Source of the DNA: Gammaproteobacteria bacterium | GTDB taxonomy: Bacteria; Pseudomonadota; Gammaproteobacteria; Eutrophobiales; Eutrophobiaceae | Length of the DNA stretch: 37,694 nt | Direction: 5' to 3' | Assembly: GCA_016198885.1 (NCBI GenBank) | Contig: JACQHV010000225.1 | Span: 1 to 37,694, forward strand | Part shown: positions 29,033 through 37,694 of the stretch, piece by piece | Layout: every line of letters starts with the position of its first letter | How positions within the stretch are numbered: position 1 is the first letter of the stretch | Made by a program: the position numbers and the translations under genes | The notes under the pieces: model-generated | What the model saw: the letters and a program-made list of their open reading frames with translations, nothing else | Told to the model about the DNA's origin: nothing | Database searches by the model: none

Positions 29033-29413
29033 AAATAAAAACTTAATTCATTGTTATTGAGTAAATTTATATTTACCTATTGTGCCAATACATTGAGAAA
29101 TAAGCCATTCATGAGCCAGCCTAAATTATTAAGGGGGTTAATAGCGTTTGCTTAAAATATTATTTAGCCTCCTCCTTAACTTACCACCCACCCGATTGAG
29201 ATAGTTCAGCTGACGTAAGGCTGGAAACCATATCTGGACGATATCCACCCTTTATAGCGGGTTCTGGGCAGGAACTACAGAAGTGCCAGGCTTCGATTAT
29301 CCTAATATTAAGGTCAAAAACTGGCTGGATCCGGGGTGTGTGGCCACCACCGTTCTGGACAGCCAATTCCGGAAAGAAAACTGTTTGGCCCCCCGTTTCT
29401 TATCCACTCAGGC

Positions 29414-29441
29414 TTGACAGAAGGTTAACTCCTCCTATAAT
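29414..29441 (+). promoter_or_regulatory. sigma70-type promoter of groES-groEL
   Basis: TTGACA (29414-29419), a 16-nt spacer, then TATAAT (29436-29441), immediately abutting the CIRCE operator. Confidence 0.6.
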
Positions 29442-29467
29442 TAGCACTCACTGGATATGAGTGCTAA
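29441..29467 (+). promoter_or_regulatory. CIRCE operator (HrcA binding site)
   Basis: TTAGCACTC-actggatat-GAGTGCTAA is a perfect match to the CIRCE consensus TTAGCACTC-N9-GAGTGCTAA. It lies 49 nt upstream of the groES ATG. Confidence 0.9.
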
Positions 29468-29515
29468 TAAAACATTTAAATCTAACAATTAATTGATTTT
29501 CAGGAGATTAAACCT

Positions 29516-29815
29516 ATGAAGATTCGTCCATTGCAAGATCGCGTGATCGTCAAGCGTATGGAGGAGGAGCGTACCAGTGCGGGGGGTATTGTGATCCCGG
29601 ACTCGGCTACAGAAAAGCCCATACAGGGGAAGGTAATTGCCGTCGGCCCTGGCAAAATACTTGATAACGGTGAGAAAAGACCCGTCGATTTAAAAGTCGG
29701 CGAGAAGGTACTGTTTAGCAAATATTCAGGCACCGAGGTCAAGATCGATGATGAGGAATACCTCGTCATGCGTGAAGACGACATCCTGGGCGTAATTGAA
29801 AAGGAAAAGAAATAA
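29516..29815 (+). CDS. groES: co-chaperonin GroES
   Basis: 99 aa beginning [14 protein letters not shown]...GGIVIPDSA. An AGGAG SD lies 9 nt upstream. Confidence 0.97.
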   Translation: MKIRPLQDRVIVKRMEEERTSAGGIVIPDSATEKPIQGKVIAVGPGKILDNGEKRPVDLKVGEKVLFSKYSGTEVKIDDEEYLVMREDDILGVIEKEKK

Positions 29816-29839
29816 CACTTTACGATTACGCTGATCTGA

Positions 29840-31510
<1,671 letters not shown>

Positions 31511-31523
31511 GCAGCCATGTTGT

Positions 31524-31555
31524 TAAAAAAACCCCGCTTATTGCGGGGTTTTTTA
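31524..31555 (+). terminator. rho-independent terminator after groEL (A-tract/T-tract flanked, potentially bidirectional)
   Basis: AAAAAAA-ACCCCGC-ttatt-GCGGGGT-TTTTT: a GC-rich 7-bp stem followed by a T run, 14 nt after the groEL stop. Confidence 0.85.
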
Positions 31556-31659
31556 TGCGCCTTTATTAATGGGCAGTTAATATTTGTGTAATAAAAATAT
31601 TTTAGCATTGCAGTTTTTATATTTAATTATCATTAATTACAAATCTGCAACAGGCGGAT

Positions 31660-32178
31660 TTATTCTGAGAGTTCTTTTGGGCGTATCAATTTTGCAAGCC
31701 GGGCTGAACGGTGTCCTGTCCTGATTGGACTGCTGTCATAATTTAATACGGCAATTGCTGCGGTTGTCATTAATTTACCATTATCATCAGGTTGTGGTTT
31801 TTCTTTTGAAAGAAAATTCAGCAATGCATCCAATCCCGGGTTGTGCCCTATCAAAAGCAAACAGTTTGCATATCGACCATGCTCTGAGATGACATCCAGA
31901 AGATCTTCAATTCCGGCTTCGTAGATTCTGTCGTCCCAGGTAATTCCGGGCGCCTTTTTACCAAGTTGATTACAAACTATTTGTGCTGTCATTTTCGTCC
32001 TTGTTGCAGGTGAACAAACGATACGATCCGGAACAACATTCTGCTCTTCCAGCCACGCGCCCATTTGTGATGCATTCCGGCACCCGCGTTTCGATAAAGG
32101 TCGTTCAAAATCCGCTGCTGCATCCGAAGACCAGTCGGATTTCGCATGGCGCATAATCATGAGTATATGGCTATCCAT
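31660..32178 (-). CDS. sixA: phosphohistidine phosphatase SixA (histidine phosphatase superfamily)
   Basis: 172 aa with MIMRHAKS (RHG-type motif), RPLSKRG and LIGHNPG. The size is typical of SixA. Confidence 0.82.
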   Translation of the reverse strand: MDSHILMIMRHAKSDWSSDAAADFERPLSKRGCRNASQMGAWLEEQNVVPDRIVCSPATRTKMTAQIVCNQLGKKAPGITWDDRIYEAGIEDLLDVISEHGRYANCLLLIGHNPGLDALLNFLSKEKPQPDDNGKLMTTAAIAVLNYDSSPIRTGHRSARLAKLIRPKELSE

Positions 32179-32297
32179 TTAGCAGCGGTTTGCTTGTTAC
32201 TGGTAAATTTTTTAATTTCATTTTATGTTATTACAATGTTCAAATTAACATCATATCGCTAGTCTATCGTCATCATGTCACCTCCCGTTATTATATT

Positions 32298-33791
32298 GTG
32301 ACATCACCATCCGAAACATACGCCGCAGTTGATCTTGGCTCCAACAGTTTTCATATGATTGTAGCCAATTCCAGTGAAGACAGAATACAGATCATCGACA
32401 AGATAAAGGATACAGTCCGTCTGGCAGGAGGATTTGACAAAAAACAGAAACTTTCCCAGGAGGCCATGGACAAGGCATTGGAATGCCTGCAACGCTTCGG
32501 TCAACGTATCAAGGAAATCCCAAGGACTAATGTGCGTGCCGTTGGTACAAACACCTTGCGCAAGGCGCGGAACAGGACTGTCTTCCTGAAAAAGGCGAAT
32601 CTTGCATTAGGCCATCCCATTGAAATCATATCCGGACGGGAGGAGGCGAGACTGATTTATATGGGTGTTGCACACAGTATCTATAACGAAACGGAACGCC
32701 GGCTTGTAATAGATATCGGTGGTGGAAGCACCGAACTGGCAATTGGCCTGGGTTTTGACGTCCACCTTACTGAGAGTCTCTACATGGGTTGTGTCAGTAT
32801 GAGCAATCGTTATTTCGGTAAGGGTGTGATTACAGCAAAAAAAATGCGTAAGGCGATCCTGTCAGCAAGGCAGGAACTCGAATCAATAGAGACCGTGTAC
32901 AAGCGGTCAGGCTGGGATTCCGTCATTGGCTCTTCCGGCACCATTCTGGCCATACAGGAAGTAGTCAATTCTCAGGGATGGAGTAAATCGCGGATAACTG
33001 AACAATCACTGAACAAACTGAAAAAAGCCATCGTCTCAGCCGGGCATTTCGACAATATACGGCTCGACGGAGTACCTCCATCACGGATACCCGTATTCCC
33101 CGGCGGTGTTGCTATTTTATGCGCCATCTTTGAAGCCCTGGAAATCAAGTCCATGGAAGTATCGGACGGGGCGCTGCGTGAAGGACTCCTGTATGACCTG
33201 ATTGGGAGATTGCATGACAAGGATATTCGCGAAAATACAGTTAACGATCTCGTGAAGCGATACAACATCGATACCGAACATGCCAATCACATTGAGCAGA
33301 CAGTCATTAACTGTTTTAATCAACTGAAAAATCCCTGGAATATGGACAAGAAGAACGACCAGAAATTGTTGAGATGGGCAGCAAAATTGCATGAAATCGG
33401 GTTGTCAATCGCACACAACCAATACCATAAACATGGCGCATATTTGTTGAATAATTCTGACTTGCCGGGTTTTACGCGCGAGGAACAATATAAACTTGCT
33501 TTCCTGGTACGTTGTCACCGGCGCAAATTTCCAATAGAAGAAATACAAATTATTCCTGAAGAAAATCAAGACAGGATGCTTAAACTATGTATTATTCTCA
33601 GGCTTGCCGTTGTCTTACACAGAAGCAGGGCGTATGTCGCCCTCCCCGAATTTAAGCTTCTGGCCGAAGACAGCTCACTTGAAATCAGCTTTCCGGAGGG
33701 ATGGCTGGACGACCATCCGTTAACAGAAGCCGATCTTGCTATTGAAGCAGATTGTCTGGCAGTGACAAAAATCTCCCTTGGTTTTCACTGA
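32298..33791 (+). CDS. ppx: exopolyphosphatase (Ppx/GppA family)
   Basis: AAVDLGSNSFHMIVA, IDIGGGSTEL, SDGALREGLLYD and the C-terminal HD-like LHEIGLSIAH are colinear with E. coli Ppx. The GTG at 32298 sits where family N-termini start. The track's TTG at 32190 adds 36 non-conserved residues, so the start is uncertain. Confidence 0.9.
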   Translation: MTSPSETYAAVDLGSNSFHMIVANSSEDRIQIIDKIKDTVRLAGGFDKKQKLSQEAMDKALECLQRFGQRIKEIPRTNVRAVGTNTLRKARNRTVFLKKANLALGHPIEIISGREEARLIYMGVAHSIYNETERRLVIDIGGGSTELAIGLGFDVHLTESLYMGCVSMSNRYFGKGVITAKKMRKAILSARQELESIETVYKRSGWDSVIGSSGTILAIQEVVNSQGWSKSRITEQSLNKLKKAIVSAGHFDNIRLDGVPPSRIPVFPGGVAILCAIFEALEIKSMEVSDGALREGLLYDLIGRLHDKDIRENTVNDLVKRYNIDTEHANHIEQTVINCFNQLKNPWNMDKKNDQKLLRWAAKLHEIGLSIAHNQYHKHGAYLLNNSDLPGFTREEQYKLAFLVRCHRRKFPIEEIQIIPEENQDRMLKLCIILRLAVVLHRSRAYVALPEFKLLAEDSSLEISFPEGWLDDHPLTEADLAIEADCLAVTKISLGFH

Positions 33792-33793
33792 TG

Positions 33794-35863
33794 TTAACTG
33801 CAATAATAATCCAGCAGTGTCTGCTGCGCTGATCGCGACTTATGTCCGGCCGGTTTGGCATGTTTGTAACTTCCGTCCGGTTGCAATAACCAGGCTTGTG
33901 TATTATCAGAAAGATAATTCATCAAACCCAAATTAAGAACCGCATCGTGGGGCCGTTTTTCCTCAATGGGAAAACAGACCTCAACACGGTAAAAAAAATT
34001 GCGCTGCATCCAGTCCGCGCTGGAACAAAGCAATAATTCTTCCCCGTTGTGATAAAAATAATAAACACGGGCATGCTCGAGAAAACGGCCAACAATCGAG
34101 CGCACACGTATATTTTCAGATACTCCCTGTATCCCTGGCCGCAAACAACAAACACCGCGAATAATAAGATCAATCTTGACGCCGGCCCGTGATGCCTCGT
34201 AGAGCGTCCGTATTATCTCCGGATCGACCAATGCATTAATCTTGGCAATAATACGCGCCTCTTTTCCAGCTCGCGCATTTTTTGTTTCCTTCTGAATTAA
34301 TTCCAGAATTGATTTGTGCAGTGTGAATGGTGATTGCAACAGTTTTTTCAGTTTGCTTGCGCGTCCGAGCCCCGTTAGTTGATGAAACAGTTTATTTACA
34401 TCTTCTCCAACGGCTTCATCACATGTTAACAGGCCGTAGTCAGTATAAAGCCTTGCGGTTCTTGCATGATAGTTACCCGTGCCTAAATGAACATATCGTC
34501 GCAATTGCCTGCCTTCGCGCCTGACGACCATGATCATCTTGGCATGTGTCTTATAACCTACTACGCCATATACAACATGGGCCCCGGCCTCCTGCAGATC
34601 GCTGGCAAGCTCAATGTTGGCCTCTTCATCAAATCTTGCCCTGAGTTCAATTACTATTGTGACTTCCTTACCGGAACGAGCGGCATCTTTGAGTGCATCA
34701 ACAATGGCTGAATCATCGCCTGTTCGATAAAGTGTCTGTTTGATGGACAGAACATTGGGGTCAGTGGCGGCCTGACGTAGAAAATCCACGACCGGAGCGA
34801 ATGATTGAAATGGATGATGCAAAAGTATATCGCCTGTATGCAGCGATTCAAAAATATTGGTATGTTTGATGAGCCGTGGTGGTATCTCCGGGGTAAAACC
34901 GGGATAAACAAGATCCGGTCGATCAACCAGGGCATGTATCTCAAGCAAACGGTTGAGGTTTACCGGTCCGTTCACCTGATACAGGTCTTCCTTGTTAAGT
35001 TTAAATTGTTGCAACAGAAAATTGCTTACTACTTCAGTACAGTTGTCTGCCACTTCGAGACGAACGGCATCGTTGAATCTCCTCGAGGGCAATTCCCCTT
35101 CGAGGGCGCGCAGAAGATCATCCACTTCCTCATCATCAACAAATAAATCACTGTTTCGCGTAACACGAAACTGATAGCATCCTGTCGCCTTCATGCCGGG
35201 AAACAAATCATCCACATGCGCATGAATTATGGACGACAATAAAATAAAATCATGAAGTCCTGAGGTAGATTCCCTTGGAACATGTATAACCCTGGGCAAT
35301 GAGCGTGGCGCCTGTACGATCGCAAAACCACTGTCACGCCCGAATGCATCCTTACCATCCAGGGAAACAATGAAATAAAGATTCTTGTTTAACACCCTCG
35401 GAAATGGATGTGCCGGATCAAGTCCAATCGGACTGAGTACCGGCAATAATTCACGTTTAAAATACCGTTTTACCCACCTGGCCAGCTTCGGCTTCCAGTG
35501 TGTCCTGCGTAATATGCGGATTTTTTCTCTGGCAAGTTCGGGGATGAGGATCTCATTCAAGAGCCGGTATTGTTCACCGACAAGCACATGGGCTGTTTCA
35601 CTGATACGTTTTAATACATCAATTGGGGCGAGATTATCAGCTCCTGCCTGCACAGAACCGTATTTAACCTGTTGTTTAAGACCGGCAACGCGAATTTCAA
35701 AGAATTCATCCAGGTTGGTACTTGCGATACAGAGGAACCGCAGACGTTCCAGCAATGGGATTGATGTGTCCTTTACCTGTTCAACAACGCGACGATTGAA
35801 CTCAAGCAGACTAAGCTCCCTGTTAATATAGAGCTCTGGTAATTTTAGATTGTAATCATCCAT
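33794..35863 (-). CDS. ppk: polyphosphate kinase 1
   Basis: 689 aa with YINRELSLLEFNRRV and the autophosphorylation His region VGYKTHAKMIMV. The length and layout are those of PPK1. Confidence 0.96.
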   Translation of the reverse strand: MDDYNLKLPELYINRELSLLEFNRRVVEQVKDTSIPLLERLRFLCIASTNLDEFFEIRVAGLKQQVKYGSVQAGADNLAPIDVLKRISETAHVLVGEQYRLLNEILIPELAREKIRILRRTHWKPKLARWVKRYFKRELLPVLSPIGLDPAHPFPRVLNKNLYFIVSLDGKDAFGRDSGFAIVQAPRSLPRVIHVPRESTSGLHDFILLSSIIHAHVDDLFPGMKATGCYQFRVTRNSDLFVDDEEVDDLLRALEGELPSRRFNDAVRLEVADNCTEVVSNFLLQQFKLNKEDLYQVNGPVNLNRLLEIHALVDRPDLVYPGFTPEIPPRLIKHTNIFESLHTGDILLHHPFQSFAPVVDFLRQAATDPNVLSIKQTLYRTGDDSAIVDALKDAARSGKEVTIVIELRARFDEEANIELASDLQEAGAHVVYGVVGYKTHAKMIMVVRREGRQLRRYVHLGTGNYHARTARLYTDYGLLTCDEAVGEDVNKLFHQLTGLGRASKLKKLLQSPFTLHKSILELIQKETKNARAGKEARIIAKINALVDPEIIRTLYEASRAGVKIDLIIRGVCCLRPGIQGVSENIRVRSIVGRFLEHARVYYFYHNGEELLLCSSADWMQRNFFYRVEVCFPIEEKRPHDAVLNLGLMNYLSDNTQAWLLQPDGSYKHAKPAGHKSRSAQQTLLDYYCS

Positions 35864-36001
35864 GCCGGTCTACGCGCCTTTTGCAAACCTCTTTTTATCA
35901 ATTTTAAAACATGCAGACGACCGGATAGAAAACCAGATAGATGGGTAACACCTGCGTTTATTCAGATCGGAATATGAAGTGTTTGAACTTGTTCCATACA
36001 A

Positions 36002-36718
36002 TCAATCTGCACTAATTTCTTTTTCCATCTGTTCGATACTGATGTGACGCACATCCTTGCCTTCAACAAAATAAATTACATATTCACAGATATTACGCGC
36101 ATGATCTCCAATGCGCTCCAGCGCACGTGCTGTCCACACTGCATCGATTGTGCCTCTAATATTGCGCGGGTCTTCCATCATATAGGTAATTAACTGGCGT
36201 AATATTGCAACATACATCTCATCGGATTTCGGCTCTTCACCGGCGACTCTCAATGCAGATTTGGTGTCCATCCTGGCGAAGGCATCCAGTGCGTCATGAA
36301 CCATATTACGCACATGATTCCCCATGGCATTGATGCCGACATAGTAGGATTTCGGTCCTTGTTTTTCTATCAGATCGATGGCCATTTTTGCAACCTTTTC
36401 CGCTTCATCACCAATCCGCTCAAGATCGGTAATTGTCTTAATTACAGCCATCACGAGCCGCAGATCACGAGCGGCTGGCTGGCGTCTTGCCAGAATCTTG
36501 GTACAGTCCTCGTCGATTGAAACTTCCAGGCGGTTAACTTCCGGTTCTTTCTTGATGACTCCTTCTGCAAATTCAACCTCTGATTCGGTCAGCGCCTTCA
36601 ATGCATTGAATAGTTGCTGCTCAACCAGACCGCCCATGACGAGCACCCTTTCCCGTATATTCTCCAGTTCATTATCAAACTGCTTCGAAATATGTTGTGA
36701 GACTGTGCCTACGTTCAT
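36002..36718 (-). CDS. phoU: phosphate signalling complex protein PhoU
   Basis: 238 aa with two PhoU repeats, carrying RIGDEAEKVAK and RIGDHARNICE. Confidence 0.95.
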   Translation of the reverse strand: MNVGTVSQHISKQFDNELENIRERVLVMGGLVEQQLFNALKALTESEVEFAEGVIKKEPEVNRLEVSIDEDCTKILARRQPAARDLRLVMAVIKTITDLERIGDEAEKVAKMAIDLIEKQGPKSYYVGINAMGNHVRNMVHDALDAFARMDTKSALRVAGEEPKSDEMYVAILRQLITYMMEDPRNIRGTIDAVWTARALERIGDHARNICEYVIYFVEGKDVRHISIEQMEKEISAD

Positions 36719-36743
36719 AAATCTATCTCCCTATCTAATGTTA

Positions 36744-37664
36744 TCAACCATAACGGCCGGTAATATAATCTTCGGTCATTTTCTTTTTCGGATTCGTAAA
36801 CAGCGTATTGGCATCGGAATATTCGATCATCTCTCCGAGGTACATATAAGCCGTATAATCAGATACCCGCGCAGCCTGTTGCATATTATGCGTAACAATT
36901 ACGATTGTGTAATTTGACTTGAGTTCATAGATCAGCTCTTCAATTTTCAAGGTTGAAATCGGATCCAGCGCTGAGGCCGGTTCATCCAGCAATAATACTT
37001 CCGGTTCGATGGCAATCGCCCTGGCAATCACCAGGCGCTGCTGCTGACCACCTGACAGACCCAGGGCATTTTCATGCAGGCGATCCTTGACTTCCTCCCA
37101 TAACGCCGCGCCTTTTAATGATTTTTCCACAACGGCGTCGAGTGCCCGGCGGCTTTTAACACCCTGTATGCGCAGACCATAAGCGACGTTTTCGTATATT
37201 GATTTCGGGAAAGGGTTGGGTTTCTGAAACACCATTCCCACGCGGCGGCGTAATTCTGATACGTTGACCTCCTTGGAGTTAATGTTCTGATCATGCAGAT
37301 AGATATCACCTTCAATACGGACATTGTCAATCAGATCATTCATGCGATTAAAACAACGAAGAAGTGTGGATTTACCGCAACCGCTGGGCCCGATAAATGC
37401 CGTTACGCGTTTTTCGGGGATCATCATCGTAATATTCTTTAATGCCTGTTTTTCCCCATAATAAAGATTGAAATTACTTACCCCGATGCACAATTTCTCA
37501 TCAGCAAGGTTGAATCTATTATCCTGTCTGATGACGGATTTTAAATCCATCGCATGCGTCGGTGTTGCATTCCTAATCTCGATCTCTGTCACCGTCCTTT
37601 CTCCTGCAATATTCAGACTACTGTTATTTAAATCTATTACATTATCAGTTTTGTTCTGCTGCAC
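36744..37664 (-). CDS. pstB: phosphate ABC transporter ATP-binding protein PstB
   Basis: Walker [10 protein letters not shown], signature LSGGQQQRL and Walker B LLLDEP. The GTG start at 37664 is preceded by AAGGGAGAA with about 6 nt spacing. The last ~30 nt of the window probably hold the end of pstA, but that cannot be supported. Confidence 0.95.
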   Translation of the reverse strand: MQQNKTDNVIDLNNSSLNIAGERTVTEIEIRNATPTHAMDLKSVIRQDNRFNLADEKLCIGVSNFNLYYGEKQALKNITMMIPEKRVTAFIGPSGCGKSTLLRCFNRMNDLIDNVRIEGDIYLHDQNINSKEVNVSELRRRVGMVFQKPNPFPKSIYENVAYGLRIQGVKSRRALDAVVEKSLKGAALWEEVKDRLHENALGLSGGQQQRLVIARAIAIEPEVLLLDEPASALDPISTLKIEELIYELKSNYTIVIVTHNMQQAARVSDYTAYMYLGEMIEYSDANTLFTNPKKKMTEDYITGRYG

Positions 37665-37694
37665 GGTATTTCTCCCTTAGCCTATTACGAATCC

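Noticed and set aside
29168-29177. Perfect AAGGAGGAGG on the minus strand (CCTCCTCCTT on plus, resembling the 16S 3' end)
   Set aside because: There is no ATG/GTG/TTG within 5-12 nt downstream on the minus strand, and nothing rRNA-like around it on the plus strand. It is mentioned only under the orphan-patch finding.
29181-29366. 61-aa TTG-initiated ORF in the cutA/groES spacer
   Set aside because: It has no SD and a non-ATG start. Two other frames are equally open over the same DNA, and there is no recognisable motif. It is kept only as part of the orphan-patch finding.
29180-29400. Possible riboswitch: TPP-like ATTGAGA...ATCTGGA on the plus strand, and a ZTP-like ACTGGC...CCGGGG
   Set aside because: The conserved elements are in the wrong order and spacing for either class. 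Key boxes (CTGAGA plus ACCTGATCTGGATAATGCCAGC; CCGCCTGGGCA) are absent. The flanking genes are not the regulons of those riboswitches.
32190-32297. 36-codon N-terminal extension of ppx from the TTG start
   Set aside because: The extension (LVTGKFFNFILCYYNVQINIISLVYRHH...) is AT-rich and non-conserved-looking, and it would leave only 11 nt for the divergent sixA/ppx promoters. Family N-termini begin about 10 residues before AAVDLGSNSFH. Still unproven, because the GTG at 32298 lacks a clear SD.
36378-36917. 179-aa plus-strand ORF spanning the phoU/pstB junction. Similar ORFs occur at 23274-23780 over prmA, 19434-19946 over purH and 35385-35831 over ppk.
   Set aside because: All are antisense shadows of strongly supported genes.
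31660-37664. sixA-ppx-ppk-phoU-pstB considered as a candidate novel system
   Set aside because: Every member is a well-characterised phosphate or polyphosphate housekeeping component. Only the arrangement is mildly unusual (see the finding on the convergent ppx/ppk junction).

Overview
This window is 37.7 kb of tightly packed, mostly minus-strand core housekeeping genes. Gene content and order match several conserved gammaproteobacterial (Pseudomonas/E. coli-type) blocks. These are: ygfB-pepP-ubiH-ubiI, divergent from zapB-like-zapA-ssrS(6S RNA)-EVE; ilvA / rpiA-dtd / hemF / hisB-hisH; purD-purH-fis-dusB-DUF3426-prmA-accC-accB-aroQ-tlpA-dsbD-cutA (listed in coordinate order; all are minus-strand, so transcription runs from cutA to purD); CIRCE-controlled groES-groEL; and sixA / ppx / ppk / phoU-pstB. 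I could assign 40 full protein genes, one partial gene, two small candidate ORFs absent from the track, one 6S RNA, a CIRCE operator with a sigma70-type promoter, and one clear intrinsic terminator. I found no tRNA/rRNA, CRISPR array, integrase/transposase, prophage, toxin-antitoxin or defence-type gene, and no multi-gene cassette of unknown function. At the protein level this looks like an ordinary core region, and I do not think a hidden novel protein system is present. What the gene list does not explain is small-scale and mostly non-coding. (i) A family of degenerate heptanucleotide tandem repeats (GCTTCAC/GAGATAC-type) sits as inverted blocks at three gene boundaries between 11.2 and 15.1 kb. 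(ii) Four to five back-to-back perfect stem-loops lie in front of ilvA, with an SD-preceded 13-codon Ile/Phe/Leu-rich mini-ORF. (iii) dusB appears to have lost about 80 central codons in frame while keeping its ATGA coupling to fis. (iv) A stop-codon-poor orphan patch of about 250 nt lies between cutA and the groES promoter. (v) A 50-codon two-helix membrane ORF, absent from the track, lies between rpiA and dtd. All functional calls come from motif recognition and synteny by eye; no alignments, RNA folding or database searches were run.
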